Below are positions 53,466 to 63,137 of a DNA stretch of 64,000 bases, in pieces (position 1 is the first letter of the stretch; the number at the start of each line of letters is the position of its first letter). A program made the translations under genes and the position numbers. Location: the sequence record OK428535.1. The stretch is one strand, 5' to 3'. The stretch is from Escherichia phage vB_EcoM_Lh1B. The notes under the pieces were generated by a model. That model was not told where the DNA came from, searched no databases, and saw only the letters and a list, made by a program, of their open reading frames with translations.

Positions 53466-53643
53466 TCGACGATTGAGGATAAAGTCATGAAGAACAAAAA
53501 GCTTCGGCTCCCCTTCTTTTTTTGTTTCCTTTTCTTTTTTGTTTGCTCTTGTTCGGATTCTGGTACGCACTACGCTTTTAATATGCTGGCAGGGGGTCTA
53601 AAAATCTTACGACCTCAATAATCCCTTAACTCGAGTTAACGCG

Positions 53644-54441
53644 ATGTCTTTTACTTCAAAACAGAATCTGCTAAAACTCATCAACGAAGAGAATAAGATA
53701 AGCCCACCGCTTACCTTTGACGATGTTGATATCGGACTGCCGGAGGTTGTGTCAGTAGACGGTCGTGATTCGGAGGTAGTCCTTACCTCGAAGATGCGCG
53801 GTGATGAAGGTACGCAAGTGATTGTGGACTACCATCGTCGTCCATTAGAGGACTACCTTAAAGGCGATGTTGCCTTTGGAGACGAGGACGTGCAAACCAC
53901 GCACGACTTACTCGCGGCGATTAACGAGCGTTTTAATCTGTCTATCTTACCTGAGGATATCGAAGATAACCCCATTGATGGACAGACGCACACAGTCGTT
54001 GCTGTTGAAACTTCCCACGAGTGGCGAAGTCAAGCGGTCATCGAGCTGAAACCTGCTACACCTCTGGCAGAAGTAGTAACCAATACAGAGTTGAGCGGTC
54101 TTCTGTACCCGGATCACCAGGACATCCAGTTGGGTCAGGCGTATATCTATTCGCGTGACATCGATTGTAGCCACATCTCTCGTTTCCTGAGCCTCTTAGC
54201 GGTCGGTATCGAGGTAGATGACACGGCGTTGGCAATCGAACTCAACAAATGTGTTCCTGAGATTTGGGTAGCTGAAGATACCCCATCCCCGTATAACCTG
54301 CGTGGTGCCACTGTCGTATTCGACGGCGTACCTGCAGACTTGCCGGGAGCAAATACGGCGTTCGCGAAAGTCGTGTCAGTGCAACTGACCGATAAATGTA
54401 CGAACTTCCAGGGCAGCCTCAACCTACACTTTAACAACTAG
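53644..54441 (+). CDS. tandem-array paralogue P1 (265 aa), putative tail-fibre/receptor-binding-like family
   Basis: Shares N-terminal module and C-terminal L-x-L-H-F/Y-N motif with P2-P8; no obvious RBS. Confidence 0.6.
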   Translation: MSFTSKQNLLKLINEENKISPPLTFDDVDIGLPEVVSVDGRDSEVVLTSKMRGDEGTQVIVDYHRRPLEDYLKGDVAFGDEDVQTTHDLLAAINERFNLSILPEDIEDNPIDGQTHTVVAVETSHEWRSQAVIELKPATPLAEVVTNTELSGLLYPDHQDIQLGQAYIYSRDIDCSHISRFLSLLAVGIEVDDTALAIELNKCVPEIWVAEDTPSPYNLRGATVVFDGVPADLPGANTAFAKVVSVQLTDKCTNFQGSLNLHFNN

Positions 54442-54451
54442 GAGGGTATAG

Positions 54452-55294
54452 ATGTCTATTTACGATAAGCCCTCGAAAGAGATGTTGTTAGATGCTATTA
54501 ACCGACAGAACGGATTAACGGCCAATCCACTCACATGGGAGCAGGTTGCAACTGGCTTCCCTGAGTCTGTCCAAACGCCTGGCGCTGACCGGAATACGCG
54601 TGTGCTCTTATACGGGTTGAACGGCAAGGGCTACAAAGGCAACGTTACGCTCGAATACGACCGTATCGAAATGGAAATTCTGTTCAGGAACGTAATACCG
54701 GTAGTCGTTGCCGACCCGGTAAATAAACTCTCTGAGTTGTTGCCGTTTCTGAATGCGAAATACGGCTTGTCTTTAGTTGCCGACGATATCGTTGACCAGT
54801 CAGTAAAAGATTTGGGAGAAAGCTGGTTAATCGATGTGACTATTAAGCCTGGTTGCTTGGCCTGGCAAGGTGGTTTCCGTTTACGCTTTGCGAAGTTCTT
54901 CCCGAACTTGGCGGATGTGGTGACGGATGTTGACCTCAGCGCAATTATCGCGCCGTTCGTGGTTGCTAGTAAACCACAGGCTGAGTATGTGGCGTATGGT
55001 TACGATTGGACTGAACTGCAAAAACAGTTCACTACCGATTGGGCTTACAACCGCGCAATCACCGCGGCGGATGTTGAATTGCTTAACGAAGTGGTGCCAT
55101 TAAAGTTTGCATATGTGACGGGGGCGACTGCGCAACCTGAACAAATTGCGCTTCAAGGTGCACGATATATGGGGATAACTTCAGTCACACCGAACGATAG
55201 TTACAACCCCGATTATCAGCGTGTGGCGATTATCAAGCTAGCTGCGGACAGCAACTACGCCGGTAATCTCATCCTTCACTATCTCCCGATATAA
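54452..55294 (+). CDS. tandem-array paralogue P2 (280 aa)
   Basis: N-terminal LLDAINRQN...ADRNT...G..G..YDR module; GGAGG RBS. Confidence 0.7.
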   Translation: MSIYDKPSKEMLLDAINRQNGLTANPLTWEQVATGFPESVQTPGADRNTRVLLYGLNGKGYKGNVTLEYDRIEMEILFRNVIPVVVADPVNKLSELLPFLNAKYGLSLVADDIVDQSVKDLGESWLIDVTIKPGCLAWQGGFRLRFAKFFPNLADVVTDVDLSAIIAPFVVASKPQAEYVAYGYDWTELQKQFTTDWAYNRAITAADVELLNEVVPLKFAYVTGATAQPEQIALQGARYMGITSVTPNDSYNPDYQRVAIIKLAADSNYAGNLILHYLPI

Positions 55295-55304
55295 GGATTT
55301 TGAC

Positions 55305-56150
55305 ATGCCACTTTTAGCCACTGCTGAAAAGATTATTATCGCGGAGGTTAACGTCGAAAACAATCTCGATTTAAAAGTCGAAGATGTGGTTTTCGGTGTC
55401 CCTGCGATTCCGACGTCTGACGAAGACCTGGCAAAAGCCAATGGTCATAACGCGATGGTGCGCATTCAGGCATTGGCCACCGCTAATGCTATCGGTGCCA
55501 CTACCGTGTATTACGATCGTGTTGACTTCGCAGACATGTTTACCGACCCAGACGGGATTCAACCTTTACGTGTTCCTGCACGTCTCGATGCTGTTTACCA
55601 GATGCATGACGTGGTCGGGTTAATTAACCAGTATTACGGTCTCAGTCTTAAACCTGCAGATGTGGTGAATACCGAAATCGACAGGAAGACATGGCGTGTG
55701 GATCTGATTGCCACGCCCACTTCTTTAGGTTGGATAGGGCAACAACAGGTACAGCTGTTACCAGGCGATGCGTTGCTTCCTGCAAACTTCGAACCCTTAA
55801 CAGTAACACCTTACGAGTATCCGTATTTTAACATCAAGGTCGGTCAAGGTGCAGTTTATTCGTATCCCTGGCGCTTTGATAATTTCGCGGAGGAATTTCA
55901 ACGACTAGGTGCTGCGATAACCGCAGAACGTCTGGCACAGATTCTCAAAACGGTCACCGGTGATAACTGGACAACGTACCGTAACCCAATCGACTTTAAC
56001 CTTCGTGAAGCCGTCGTCGTCTATAACGGGCGTAACAAAGCGGAATTACCAACCAACCCAGCAGTCGACAACGTGCTGATTGTGGAGCTGTCGTTGTACT
56101 GTCTGAATTTTGGCGGGCGTTTGTATTTGCACTACAACGACCCTGATTAA
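55305..56150 (+). CDS. tandem-array paralogue P3 (281 aa)
   Basis: Divergent family member (YYDRVDF, C-terminal LHYNDPD); AAGGA RBS. Confidence 0.65.
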   Translation: MPLLATAEKIIIAEVNVENNLDLKVEDVVFGVPAIPTSDEDLAKANGHNAMVRIQALATANAIGATTVYYDRVDFADMFTDPDGIQPLRVPARLDAVYQMHDVVGLINQYYGLSLKPADVVNTEIDRKTWRVDLIATPTSLGWIGQQQVQLLPGDALLPANFEPLTVTPYEYPYFNIKVGQGAVYSYPWRFDNFAEEFQRLGAAITAERLAQILKTVTGDNWTTYRNPIDFNLREAVVVYNGRNKAELPTNPAVDNVLIVELSLYCLNFGGRLYLHYNDPD

Positions 56151-56171
56151 TCCTGAGTAAAGGAAGTAAGA

Positions 56172-57083
56172 ATGAAACCTTTAAACAAAACGTCCGATCA
56201 GCTGGTTCTGGATTTTATTAATGAGAAAAACCCAGACGCAGAACTGGAACTTTCTAAAATAACGCTCGGCACACCGACCCCTATTATCGATGAAGGTGCC
56301 GATCGCAATACCAGCATGACCCTGACTGCGAAAAAGAACTCCGGGTACATCGGTACTCAGGACGTGACTTATAATCGCCTGGAAGGCGGTGCGCTGTTCC
56401 GNAACGTAACGGCATACCTCGACGTTAAACTGCCGAAAACCACCACAGACCTGCTGACGACCCTGAACACCCAATACGGATTGAAGCTGACCGAAGACGA
56501 TATCGTTCCGGCGGCTATTCCGGAAAATACCAACCCGCCGCTGACTAACCCGAACGATCCGGACCCAGCACCGGTTGACCATGTCATTACCTTCAAAGAA
56601 GACTGCTACGCTTATCTGGGCAGCATCCCGGTTAAAATCGGTGCTAAGCCTCAGGTTGGTGAACGTCTGAGTCTGGTGGTAACACAAACCAAGCTCGACG
56701 GCCTGGTTTACCCAGATGGTCCAAGCGAAGCGAAGGGTCAGGGCTACATCTACTCTTACGGTGTAGACTGCACAGCAATCGCAGCATTCCTGAAAGTACA
56801 GGCGAAAGGTGTTATCGCTGGCGACTCTGCATTCCCGGTTGAGCTGAATAAAGTTGTGCCGGAACTGTGGGTTGCATCTGATGAGCCTGCGGATTATAAC
56901 CTGAAAGGTGCTAACGTGTTGTACGTTGGTTCTACTACTGACGATGGCACTGCTTCAGGCGACGATCCTAAGAAACCGGTTGAAGGTGCAAACACTGCTT
57001 ACAACCAGGTTCTGCTGCTGCAGCTGGATGACACTCTGTGCACCAACTTCCAGGGCGTCATGTACCTGCACTTTAATGCCTAA
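56172..57083 (+). CDS. tandem-array paralogue P4 (303 aa), codon-optimised
   Basis: INEKNP...ADRNT...YNRLEGGALF and C-terminal YLHFNA; strong optimal-codon bias; terminator downstream. Confidence 0.7.
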   Translation: MKPLNKTSDQLVLDFINEKNPDAELELSKITLGTPTPIIDEGADRNTSMTLTAKKNSGYIGTQDVTYNRLEGGALFXNVTAYLDVKLPKTTTDLLTTLNTQYGLKLTEDDIVPAAIPENTNPPLTNPNDPDPAPVDHVITFKEDCYAYLGSIPVKIGAKPQVGERLSLVVTQTKLDGLVYPDGPSEAKGQGYIYSYGVDCTAIAAFLKVQAKGVIAGDSAFPVELNKVVPELWVASDEPADYNLKGANVLYVGSTTDDGTASGDDPKKPVEGANTAYNQVLLLQLDDTLCTNFQGVMYLHFNA

Positions 57084-57095
57084 TTAGGCCTCGCT

Positions 57096-57137
57096 GGGAG
57101 GAGGAAATCCTCCTCCTGGCTACTCCTTTCTTTTTTG
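57096..57137 (+). terminator. rho-independent terminator inside the paralogue array
   Basis: GGAGGAGG-AAAT-CCTCCTCC followed by T-rich run. Confidence 0.6.
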
Positions 57138-57152
57138 GCCGAGGAGGCTATT

Positions 57153-57992
57153 ATGGCTTTATATAGTCTGTCTCAGCGACAATATCTGTACGATGCGATT
57201 AATGCCGAAAACCCGGATGCTGTTCTACCGATGGGTTTAGACAATGCTATCATCGGTACGCCGAAAGCAATCACACCGACAGCAAGCGGTGCCAATACTG
57301 AGATTATCATTCGTGGTCGTCAAGGTCGTGGCTATATCGGTCCTCAGACGTTCCGTTATAAGCGCTTGTCGCTGAACGACTTATTTAAGAACATGACACC
57401 TCAGGTAACTGCACCGAATGCCTACGGTTGGTTGAACGTGGAGTCGAAACGTACTGCGTTTGCGCAGAACCTGAACGGTCGTTATGGATTAAACCTGGTT
57501 GCAGACGATATCCCAGAACAATACGTTTATCTGAACGTAAACAACACGATGCGTATTAACGCTAGCTGTATCCAATACACTGGCAGCATCACCTTTATGT
57601 CTATCCGGGGTAAGAATAGTCTCGAAGACCTCGTGGTAAACGACATCTTGTCGGCTTTGAACCACCCTGCAGCAGCAAGCACTGGTAAGAAATACATGGG
57701 CTTCTTGACGTACGGGGAAGACTTTACTGATGAAGTGCAGGTTATGGCCTCGTTTAAGAACGGGCGAATGGACGTAGGAAGTAACTTTGATTTGGGTTAC
57801 ACGTCCAATCTGATGGCCACATTGGTCGCACGTGGGGTACCGTCGTTTGATCCGACGAACTGCACAATTACCCGCTACAAAACGAGTGAGTTGGCGACCG
57901 CCAATAAAGCGTACGATAACGTATTGCTGATTACCGGCATTCAGAACGACCCGAAAGTAATCGGCGAGTGTATGTTGCACTACAACAACTAG
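57153..57992 (+). CDS. tandem-array paralogue P5 (279 aa)
   Basis: GAGGAGG RBS before ATG 57153; C-terminal MLHYNN. Confidence 0.7.
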   Translation: MALYSLSQRQYLYDAINAENPDAVLPMGLDNAIIGTPKAITPTASGANTEIIIRGRQGRGYIGPQTFRYKRLSLNDLFKNMTPQVTAPNAYGWLNVESKRTAFAQNLNGRYGLNLVADDIPEQYVYLNVNNTMRINASCIQYTGSITFMSIRGKNSLEDLVVNDILSALNHPAAASTGKKYMGFLTYGEDFTDEVQVMASFKNGRMDVGSNFDLGYTSNLMATLVARGVPSFDPTNCTITRYKTSELATANKAYDNVLLITGIQNDPKVIGECMLHYNN

Positions 57993-58002
57993 GAATTAGC
58001 GA

Positions 58003-58890
58003 ATGGCTATTTATCAACCTTCTAAAGACGTCCTGTTGGCAGCAGTGAACGCACAGAACTCGCTTGCTGTTAAGATGACTGACATCATCTGGTCCTCGCC
58101 AAAGGACATCCGTGGTACGGAGAAGGAAACGCTGACTAACCGTAACACGCAAATTAAAATTACGGCAGATGGGGTAACGGGCTCTACCTGGTCGGGTAAG
58201 AAAAATGTCTTCTACAACCGCATGAAGGTCGAAGACTTGTTAGTGTTGATTGGTGACACGTTGGCGATCGGCCCATCCAACGAAACCTTGTATGCGGCCA
58301 TTCCTGGACTGAACCAACGTTACGGTTTTGTTCTGGAAGAAGCTGACCTGCAGGACGCAGATATCGAATGGAACGGTGATAAGACCGAAGGTACTGTGCG
58401 TGTTGTTGCACATCCAGAGTCTATCGGTTGGGTTGGACAGGCGACATTTAAAGTCGTGAAAGGCGATGAGTCGTTAGTCTCTGCAGTCACCACTAACGTC
58501 CTGACCGGTCTGAAATACCCGAACGGTCAGATGGGTTCCGAAACCGTTACTGCGGTCATTGCAGAGGTTTATTCCTACCCGTACAACTTCACTAAGTACC
58601 GAGATGCTCTGCTGGCATACAAGCCGGGNATTCTGTCTGGNCAGCCGTTAACGGATATGGTTAACCTGCTGAAAGATATCACGGGTACTGCATGGGTAGC
58701 GACCACTTCCGCTTCCTACGGTTTGGCGGGCGCGGAGGTTATCAGCGTTGGTCTGAATGACCCTGTTGCAATGCCGACAAACGCGAAGTACAAGTATGCG
58801 CTGGTGTTGAAACTGCCTGTTACCTGTACCACCATCGTCGGAACGTTGTATCTCCAGTTCAACGATCTGGACGATCCAAGCGAGGTATAA
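58003..58890 (+). CDS. tandem-array paralogue P6 (295 aa)
   Basis: LLAAVNAQN...NRNT...YNRMKVEDLL; C-terminal YLQFND. Confidence 0.7.
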   Translation: MAIYQPSKDVLLAAVNAQNSLAVKMTDIIWSSPKDIRGTEKETLTNRNTQIKITADGVTGSTWSGKKNVFYNRMKVEDLLVLIGDTLAIGPSNETLYAAIPGLNQRYGFVLEEADLQDADIEWNGDKTEGTVRVVAHPESIGWVGQATFKVVKGDESLVSAVTTNVLTGLKYPNGQMGSETVTAVIAEVYSYPYNFTKYRDALLAYKPXILSXQPLTDMVNLLKDITGTAWVATTSASYGLAGAEVISVGLNDPVAMPTNAKYKYALVLKLPVTCTTIVGTLYLQFNDLDDPSEV

Positions 58891-58893
58891 TTG

Positions 58894-59721
58894 ATGATCA
58901 ACTATGCTAAGCCGTCAAACGAGTTGGTCTTTGACCTCATTAACCGGGATAACCCAAACCTACCTATTAAAGCGTCGCCGGCAAACTGCTACGTGGAGAA
59001 AGTGACGCAGGTTCCCGTTAATGCAGCTTCCAACAACCGCAATACGTCGGCACGCTTGCGCGGTATTCAGGGTTCCGGATTTCGAGACGCAATCACCGTT
59101 TACTACGACCGTGTGAACTTAGCGCGGTTATTGCCGTGGGGTCCTTCTGTCCAGGCGCAGTTCGTCACGTTTGACGCGCCCAACCTCCACTCAGCCTTTT
59201 CGGTGCTCTTGGATACTTACGGAGTAAACTTCTCCGCAATCGATATCCAAAACTACTCACTGTTTGGTGCCAATACCCCAAATTACACCAATACACAGAC
59301 CATTGCAGCGCTATCGACATCTCCGGCTTATATCGGTTCTGCGACGTTGCGTTATAACCGTGGTTTACCGGTACTAGACACTTCGGTGAAATCAGATGTC
59401 TTGAATGCGATTCAAGAGCCTATTTCACCGTCTCTCGGTAAGAAGTGTATTGATTTGTTGACGTACGGTATTGACTTTACCGCGTATAAAAACCTACTGA
59501 CAGTAGATGCTTCTGGCCTACCGCAGTGGGCTGGTTTGCGTAAGGTGTTGGATGACCTGGGTATTCCGAACTACGCGGGGCCACTGAACAGTAACACCGT
59601 TCAGGATGTGCCGACTTCCACCGCTCAGTTCGCTAACAAATCGTACGACCGCGTGGTTATCCAAACGGGCATCGATGAGGAAGGCGTGAAAGGCGTGGCG
59701 TACTACCACTATAACAGCTAA
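58894..59721 (+). CDS. tandem-array paralogue P7 (275 aa)
   Basis: DLINRDNP...NNRNT...YYDRVNLARLL; C-terminal YYHYNS; terminator downstream. Confidence 0.7.
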   Translation: MINYAKPSNELVFDLINRDNPNLPIKASPANCYVEKVTQVPVNAASNNRNTSARLRGIQGSGFRDAITVYYDRVNLARLLPWGPSVQAQFVTFDAPNLHSAFSVLLDTYGVNFSAIDIQNYSLFGANTPNYTNTQTIAALSTSPAYIGSATLRYNRGLPVLDTSVKSDVLNAIQEPISPSLGKKCIDLLTYGIDFTAYKNLLTVDASGLPQWAGLRKVLDDLGIPNYAGPLNSNTVQDVPTSTAQFANKSYDRVVIQTGIDEEGVKGVAYYHYNS

Positions 59722-59725
59722 GTGT

Positions 59726-59750
59726 AGGGGCTCTTCGGAGCCCCATCTTT
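59726..59750 (+). terminator. rho-independent terminator (UUCG loop)
   Basis: GGGGCTC-TTCG-GAGCCCC followed by ATCTTTTGG. Confidence 0.55.
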
Positions 59751-59768
59751 TGGCGATGCGGAGTCCCT

Positions 59769-61181
59769 ATGCTATTTTACTCGAAGGAGTCGGCACTGCT
59801 TGTATACGACCAAGTCAATCGGGATAATCCTGATTTAGTTGTTAAGCTGACGCCGGCTATCGCTGCTTTAACCAGCGGCCCAACTTCAGTTACGTTAAAC
59901 CAGCGTAACACCAAAGCTGTTTTCACCGGGTATCCAGGGACAGGTGTACAAGGTAATGTTACCGTGTACTACGACCGGATTAACCTGGCCACTTTATTTA
60001 ATTTTGTGCCGACTGTGGCTATCAAAGATACAGTCTTAACGGTACGAGACGCGCTACCTGCAATAAACGACGCATTGGGGCTTACATTAGTTGCTTCTGA
60101 TTTGCAGTCACCTGACGCAAGTTTACCTAAACCGAGCGCTTCGCCGCAGACGTTGAAATTAAATATCTCAGGTAATTGCCCTGCGTTTACAGGCAGCTTA
60201 ACGATACGTTATACCGTCCCGAGTGGTGCAATTTACCCCGATTCTGGACCTGGCCCTAAAACGTTGCTGCAAGGTAACACTATCGCGGGTTATTTCGGAA
60301 CAACCACAATTGCAGAGTTGTTTACACACTCTCAACTTCTTAATGCCACTATATCGGCCGGTGCGTTACCACCGGTACATTCTGGTGCCGAAGGTTGGTA
60401 CAAGTTCTTTTACCAGGGTAGGGTTATTTACCTCCCGATTAGTCCTGTCGCTAGCTCCATCTCCTGGAATACGTTATATACAAACGGACTCGTTTACGGA
60501 ACAGACGATAATGGTAAATACCCTGCGGCGACGCCCGTTAACCAGGGACGCATCATTAGCTTTACAGGCGCAGACAACAAAAGGTTTTACTTCCGCGTTC
60601 GTCTACCTAGTGCCGGGAAAGACCCATACGTCAGCGGCACCCCAACTGCCGCTGAGTTAGCAGGTAGTGAGTTTGAGATGTTCAACTTTCTGTATAATGG
60701 AACGTGGGACAAACCGATTAACAGTTACTGGACGCTGTTCTGTTTATTGAAAGATACACTGAACACCAACGTCGCCAATCATCGCATGGCGACGTTGTCT
60801 GGAGCCAGTTGGACAAACTTAGGAAAATCATCGAGCGCAGGCAACTACTACTGGTTCCCGGTGCTAGAGTTGGTGGATAAGTCCACAGTTACCTTGGGTT
60901 TAGAAGATATCCATGGTGCGGTAGATTACAGTCTCCAACCGNNCAGNGTGTCCGCAGAAAANNCNTTTAGNCTCANNCCNTTGGTNCTCGGTAATCCAGA
61001 TACTACCGATTTCGAACCGGTAGTTGTTACTTCAGAAAACAGTTTCGCACNGCATCCGCCTGCTTTAATGCTGCCGAAGACAGTCGACTTCCAACCCATT
61101 GCGGCTACCGCTGAAATGTATACGCCACCCGACAAGACATCGTTAACGTCACTTAACGGTGAACTGGACGGCTTTAAGTAG
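59769..61181 (+). CDS. tandem-array paralogue P8 (470 aa): N-terminal family module plus GPGPK-motif distal domain
   Basis: YYDRINLATLF module, then YPDSGPGPKTLLQGN...GYFG domain shared with P10 and P11; Ns near 3' end. Confidence 0.7.
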   Translation: MLFYSKESALLVYDQVNRDNPDLVVKLTPAIAALTSGPTSVTLNQRNTKAVFTGYPGTGVQGNVTVYYDRINLATLFNFVPTVAIKDTVLTVRDALPAINDALGLTLVASDLQSPDASLPKPSASPQTLKLNISGNCPAFTGSLTIRYTVPSGAIYPDSGPGPKTLLQGNTIAGYFGTTTIAELFTHSQLLNATISAGALPPVHSGAEGWYKFFYQGRVIYLPISPVASSISWNTLYTNGLVYGTDDNGKYPAATPVNQGRIISFTGADNKRFYFRVRLPSAGKDPYVSGTPTAAELAGSEFEMFNFLYNGTWDKPINSYWTLFCLLKDTLNTNVANHRMATLSGASWTNLGKSSSAGNYYWFPVLELVDKSTVTLGLEDIHGAVDYSLQPXXVSAEXXFXLXXLXLGNPDTTDFEPVVVTSENSFAXHPPALMLPKTVDFQPIAATAEMYTPPDKTSLTSLNGELDGFK

Positions 61182-61192
61182 AGGTATCATCC

Positions 61193-62191
61193 ATGTCTTT
61201 TACTTTGCGTTGGAAAAATCCAAACGTAATCTCTACGGTAGTAAAAATCTACCGTGACGTTAAAGATATCACACCGAGCGCTTTGCCTGAACCGATTGCA
61301 ACGCTCTCAAATGGCGAGACAGAATGGCGTGATACCACCGCCGCACCAGGCGCAACCTATTATTACCTTCTGACGGTAACCGCCAACGGTAAAACAGTGG
61401 CATCGTCTAGCCAGAAATACACCATTGAGATAAAGCGTGGGATTGGCCCAATGACTATTCTAAACGGTAACGACCGTTTAGGGTTTATGGGTGCGGTTCC
61501 TTACGACGAACAATGGCTTCCGTCGCAAATGCCACCTGCATTTTTGGCGATGTTCCCTAATCTATTAACCGATCGTGTGGCGTTGTATAAATTTACCCGA
61601 AACGGGAAAATCTATTACATGCTATCTAACACGTCGCAGTTCCCGAATACGCCTGTGGACTGGGCTTCCCTCTATCAAGCTGGTTTAGTCTATGGTACGG
61701 GCGATGCTGGTCCAGAGAACGGCCATGGAACGCTACCGGCCACTCCACAAGACGCTAAGATAGTCCACAAAGGGGATACGTACATTATGCGTCTTCCTCG
61801 CGGCCTGACGACGTCTAGCGAGCCTCCTGCGTATCCTTTCGTAGCTGACTATAATGGGAAAACCCATGATGAAATCGCTTCTCTAACCAACCCGTGTGAG
61901 TATAACGATTTACTTTACACGATGGTTAACGAGGTGCCGAAGAAACAGCGTTGGGCTAACTGGGCAACGTACAGTTATAATTATCTGGGGCAGGGTACTT
62001 TGGGAACCTCGGCAACGTATTTCGGCGGTGGTGTTCTCTGTATGGAACACGACACCACGGAAGACCGTGTGCTCCATCGTGGTATTTTTAACAATGCCGG
62101 TGGAACACCCGTATCCGCGATTCAGCGTATAAACTATTTATCACCCACCACGAAAGGGCGTTACTACCCTATCTTTGAACTGGTTGAGTAA
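61193..62191 (+). CDS. tandem-array protein P9 (332 aa) with N-terminal FN3-like domain
   Basis: LRWKNP...IYRD...TYYYLLTVTANGK fits a fibronectin-III-like pattern; C-terminal YYPIFELVE parallels P8 WFPVLELVD. Confidence 0.65.
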   Translation: MSFTLRWKNPNVISTVVKIYRDVKDITPSALPEPIATLSNGETEWRDTTAAPGATYYYLLTVTANGKTVASSSQKYTIEIKRGIGPMTILNGNDRLGFMGAVPYDEQWLPSQMPPAFLAMFPNLLTDRVALYKFTRNGKIYYMLSNTSQFPNTPVDWASLYQAGLVYGTGDAGPENGHGTLPATPQDAKIVHKGDTYIMRLPRGLTTSSEPPAYPFVADYNGKTHDEIASLTNPCEYNDLLYTMVNEVPKKQRWANWATYSYNYLGQGTLGTSATYFGGGVLCMEHDTTEDRVLHRGIFNNAGGTPVSAIQRINYLSPTTKGRYYPIFELVE

Positions 62192-62200
62192 GGGGCAGTC

Positions 62201-63124
62201 ATGACTATACGGTTAAGCTGGCCGTCTCAAGCCAGTAAAGGTCTTACCGCGATTGAAATCTATCGCAAAGAAGGCTGGAACGCAACTATAGACGTTTACA
62301 ATCCAGGCACGCCCCACGCAACTTTATCTGGCAACGCGGTAGAGTTTGTAGATAATATCGATACCCTGACGAAGAATACAACCTATCGTTACTGGGTAGC
62401 TGCTGTAAAAGACAGTGAACGACTTATCGGCAATCCGATTACGCAAGGATTCTATCCGGACACCGGGCCGGGTCCGCAAACTATTTTGCGTGGTGACTGG
62501 GCTTCAGGTTATTTCGGTACAGTACCGAATACAGAGTTCTTTAATACAGCCGAGTTAAAACTCATGTTAACTGCGCAGCAGGGAAACATGTTTATCTACG
62601 ACCCTCAGGAATGGCACAAGTTTATTTTCCGTGGGCGAATTGTGTTCTTCCCAGCGTCGATGCATTCGAAAACCAACTCGGTACAAATGGCGTATCAGTA
62701 CGGTATGATGTACGGGACCGATGATGTCGGAAGTATTGTTCCGCTGGGAGCCACGGCCACCAAACAAGATTGTAAGGTCACGAAGGATGGTCGTACGTAC
62801 CGTATCCGGTTACCTTACGCAGTCCCGTACGATGCGACTCTCTCAGGACAGGATTACAACAACGGCGAATGGCGAAACACAATGGGCCGTTTGTATCCTG
62901 TCAGTGCACAGTTCCCAGCCCTTGGTCTTGGTGCCATCGATTCAATACCGGCGCAAGGTTCAACTTCCCAGCCTAACGAAACAGGTGCTGCTGCATTAGC
63001 CCCTTTATGGAGCAACAACATTTTCGCTTATGCGTACGGTTATGCGCCTATAGGGATTAGTAACACCTCAGGTGTCGGGAACTCGACCACGATGTTCTTT
63101 GCTTTTGAATTAGTCTTACCGTAA
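62201..63124 (+). CDS. tandem-array protein P10 (307 aa): FN3-like domain plus GPGPQ-motif domain
   Basis: LSWPS...IYRKEGW...TYRYWVAAV then FYPDTGPGPQTILRGDWASGYFG. Confidence 0.65.
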   Translation: MTIRLSWPSQASKGLTAIEIYRKEGWNATIDVYNPGTPHATLSGNAVEFVDNIDTLTKNTTYRYWVAAVKDSERLIGNPITQGFYPDTGPGPQTILRGDWASGYFGTVPNTEFFNTAELKLMLTAQQGNMFIYDPQEWHKFIFRGRIVFFPASMHSKTNSVQMAYQYGMMYGTDDVGSIVPLGATATKQDCKVTKDGRTYRIRLPYAVPYDATLSGQDYNNGEWRNTMGRLYPVSAQFPALGLGAIDSIPAQGSTSQPNETGAAALAPLWSNNIFAYAYGYAPIGISNTSGVGNSTTMFFAFELVLP

Positions 63125-63137
63125 CGGAGTAAAAGCC

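Noticed and set aside
53490-53530. Terminator after gene 53247
   Set aside because: Only a 3-bp stem (AGC-TTCG-GCT) followed by a pyrimidine tract. It is reported in findings as a T/C-rich tract rather than a terminator.
56181-56687. 168-aa minus-strand ORF inside P4
   Set aside because: Shadow ORF produced by the codon bias of P4; no independent signals.
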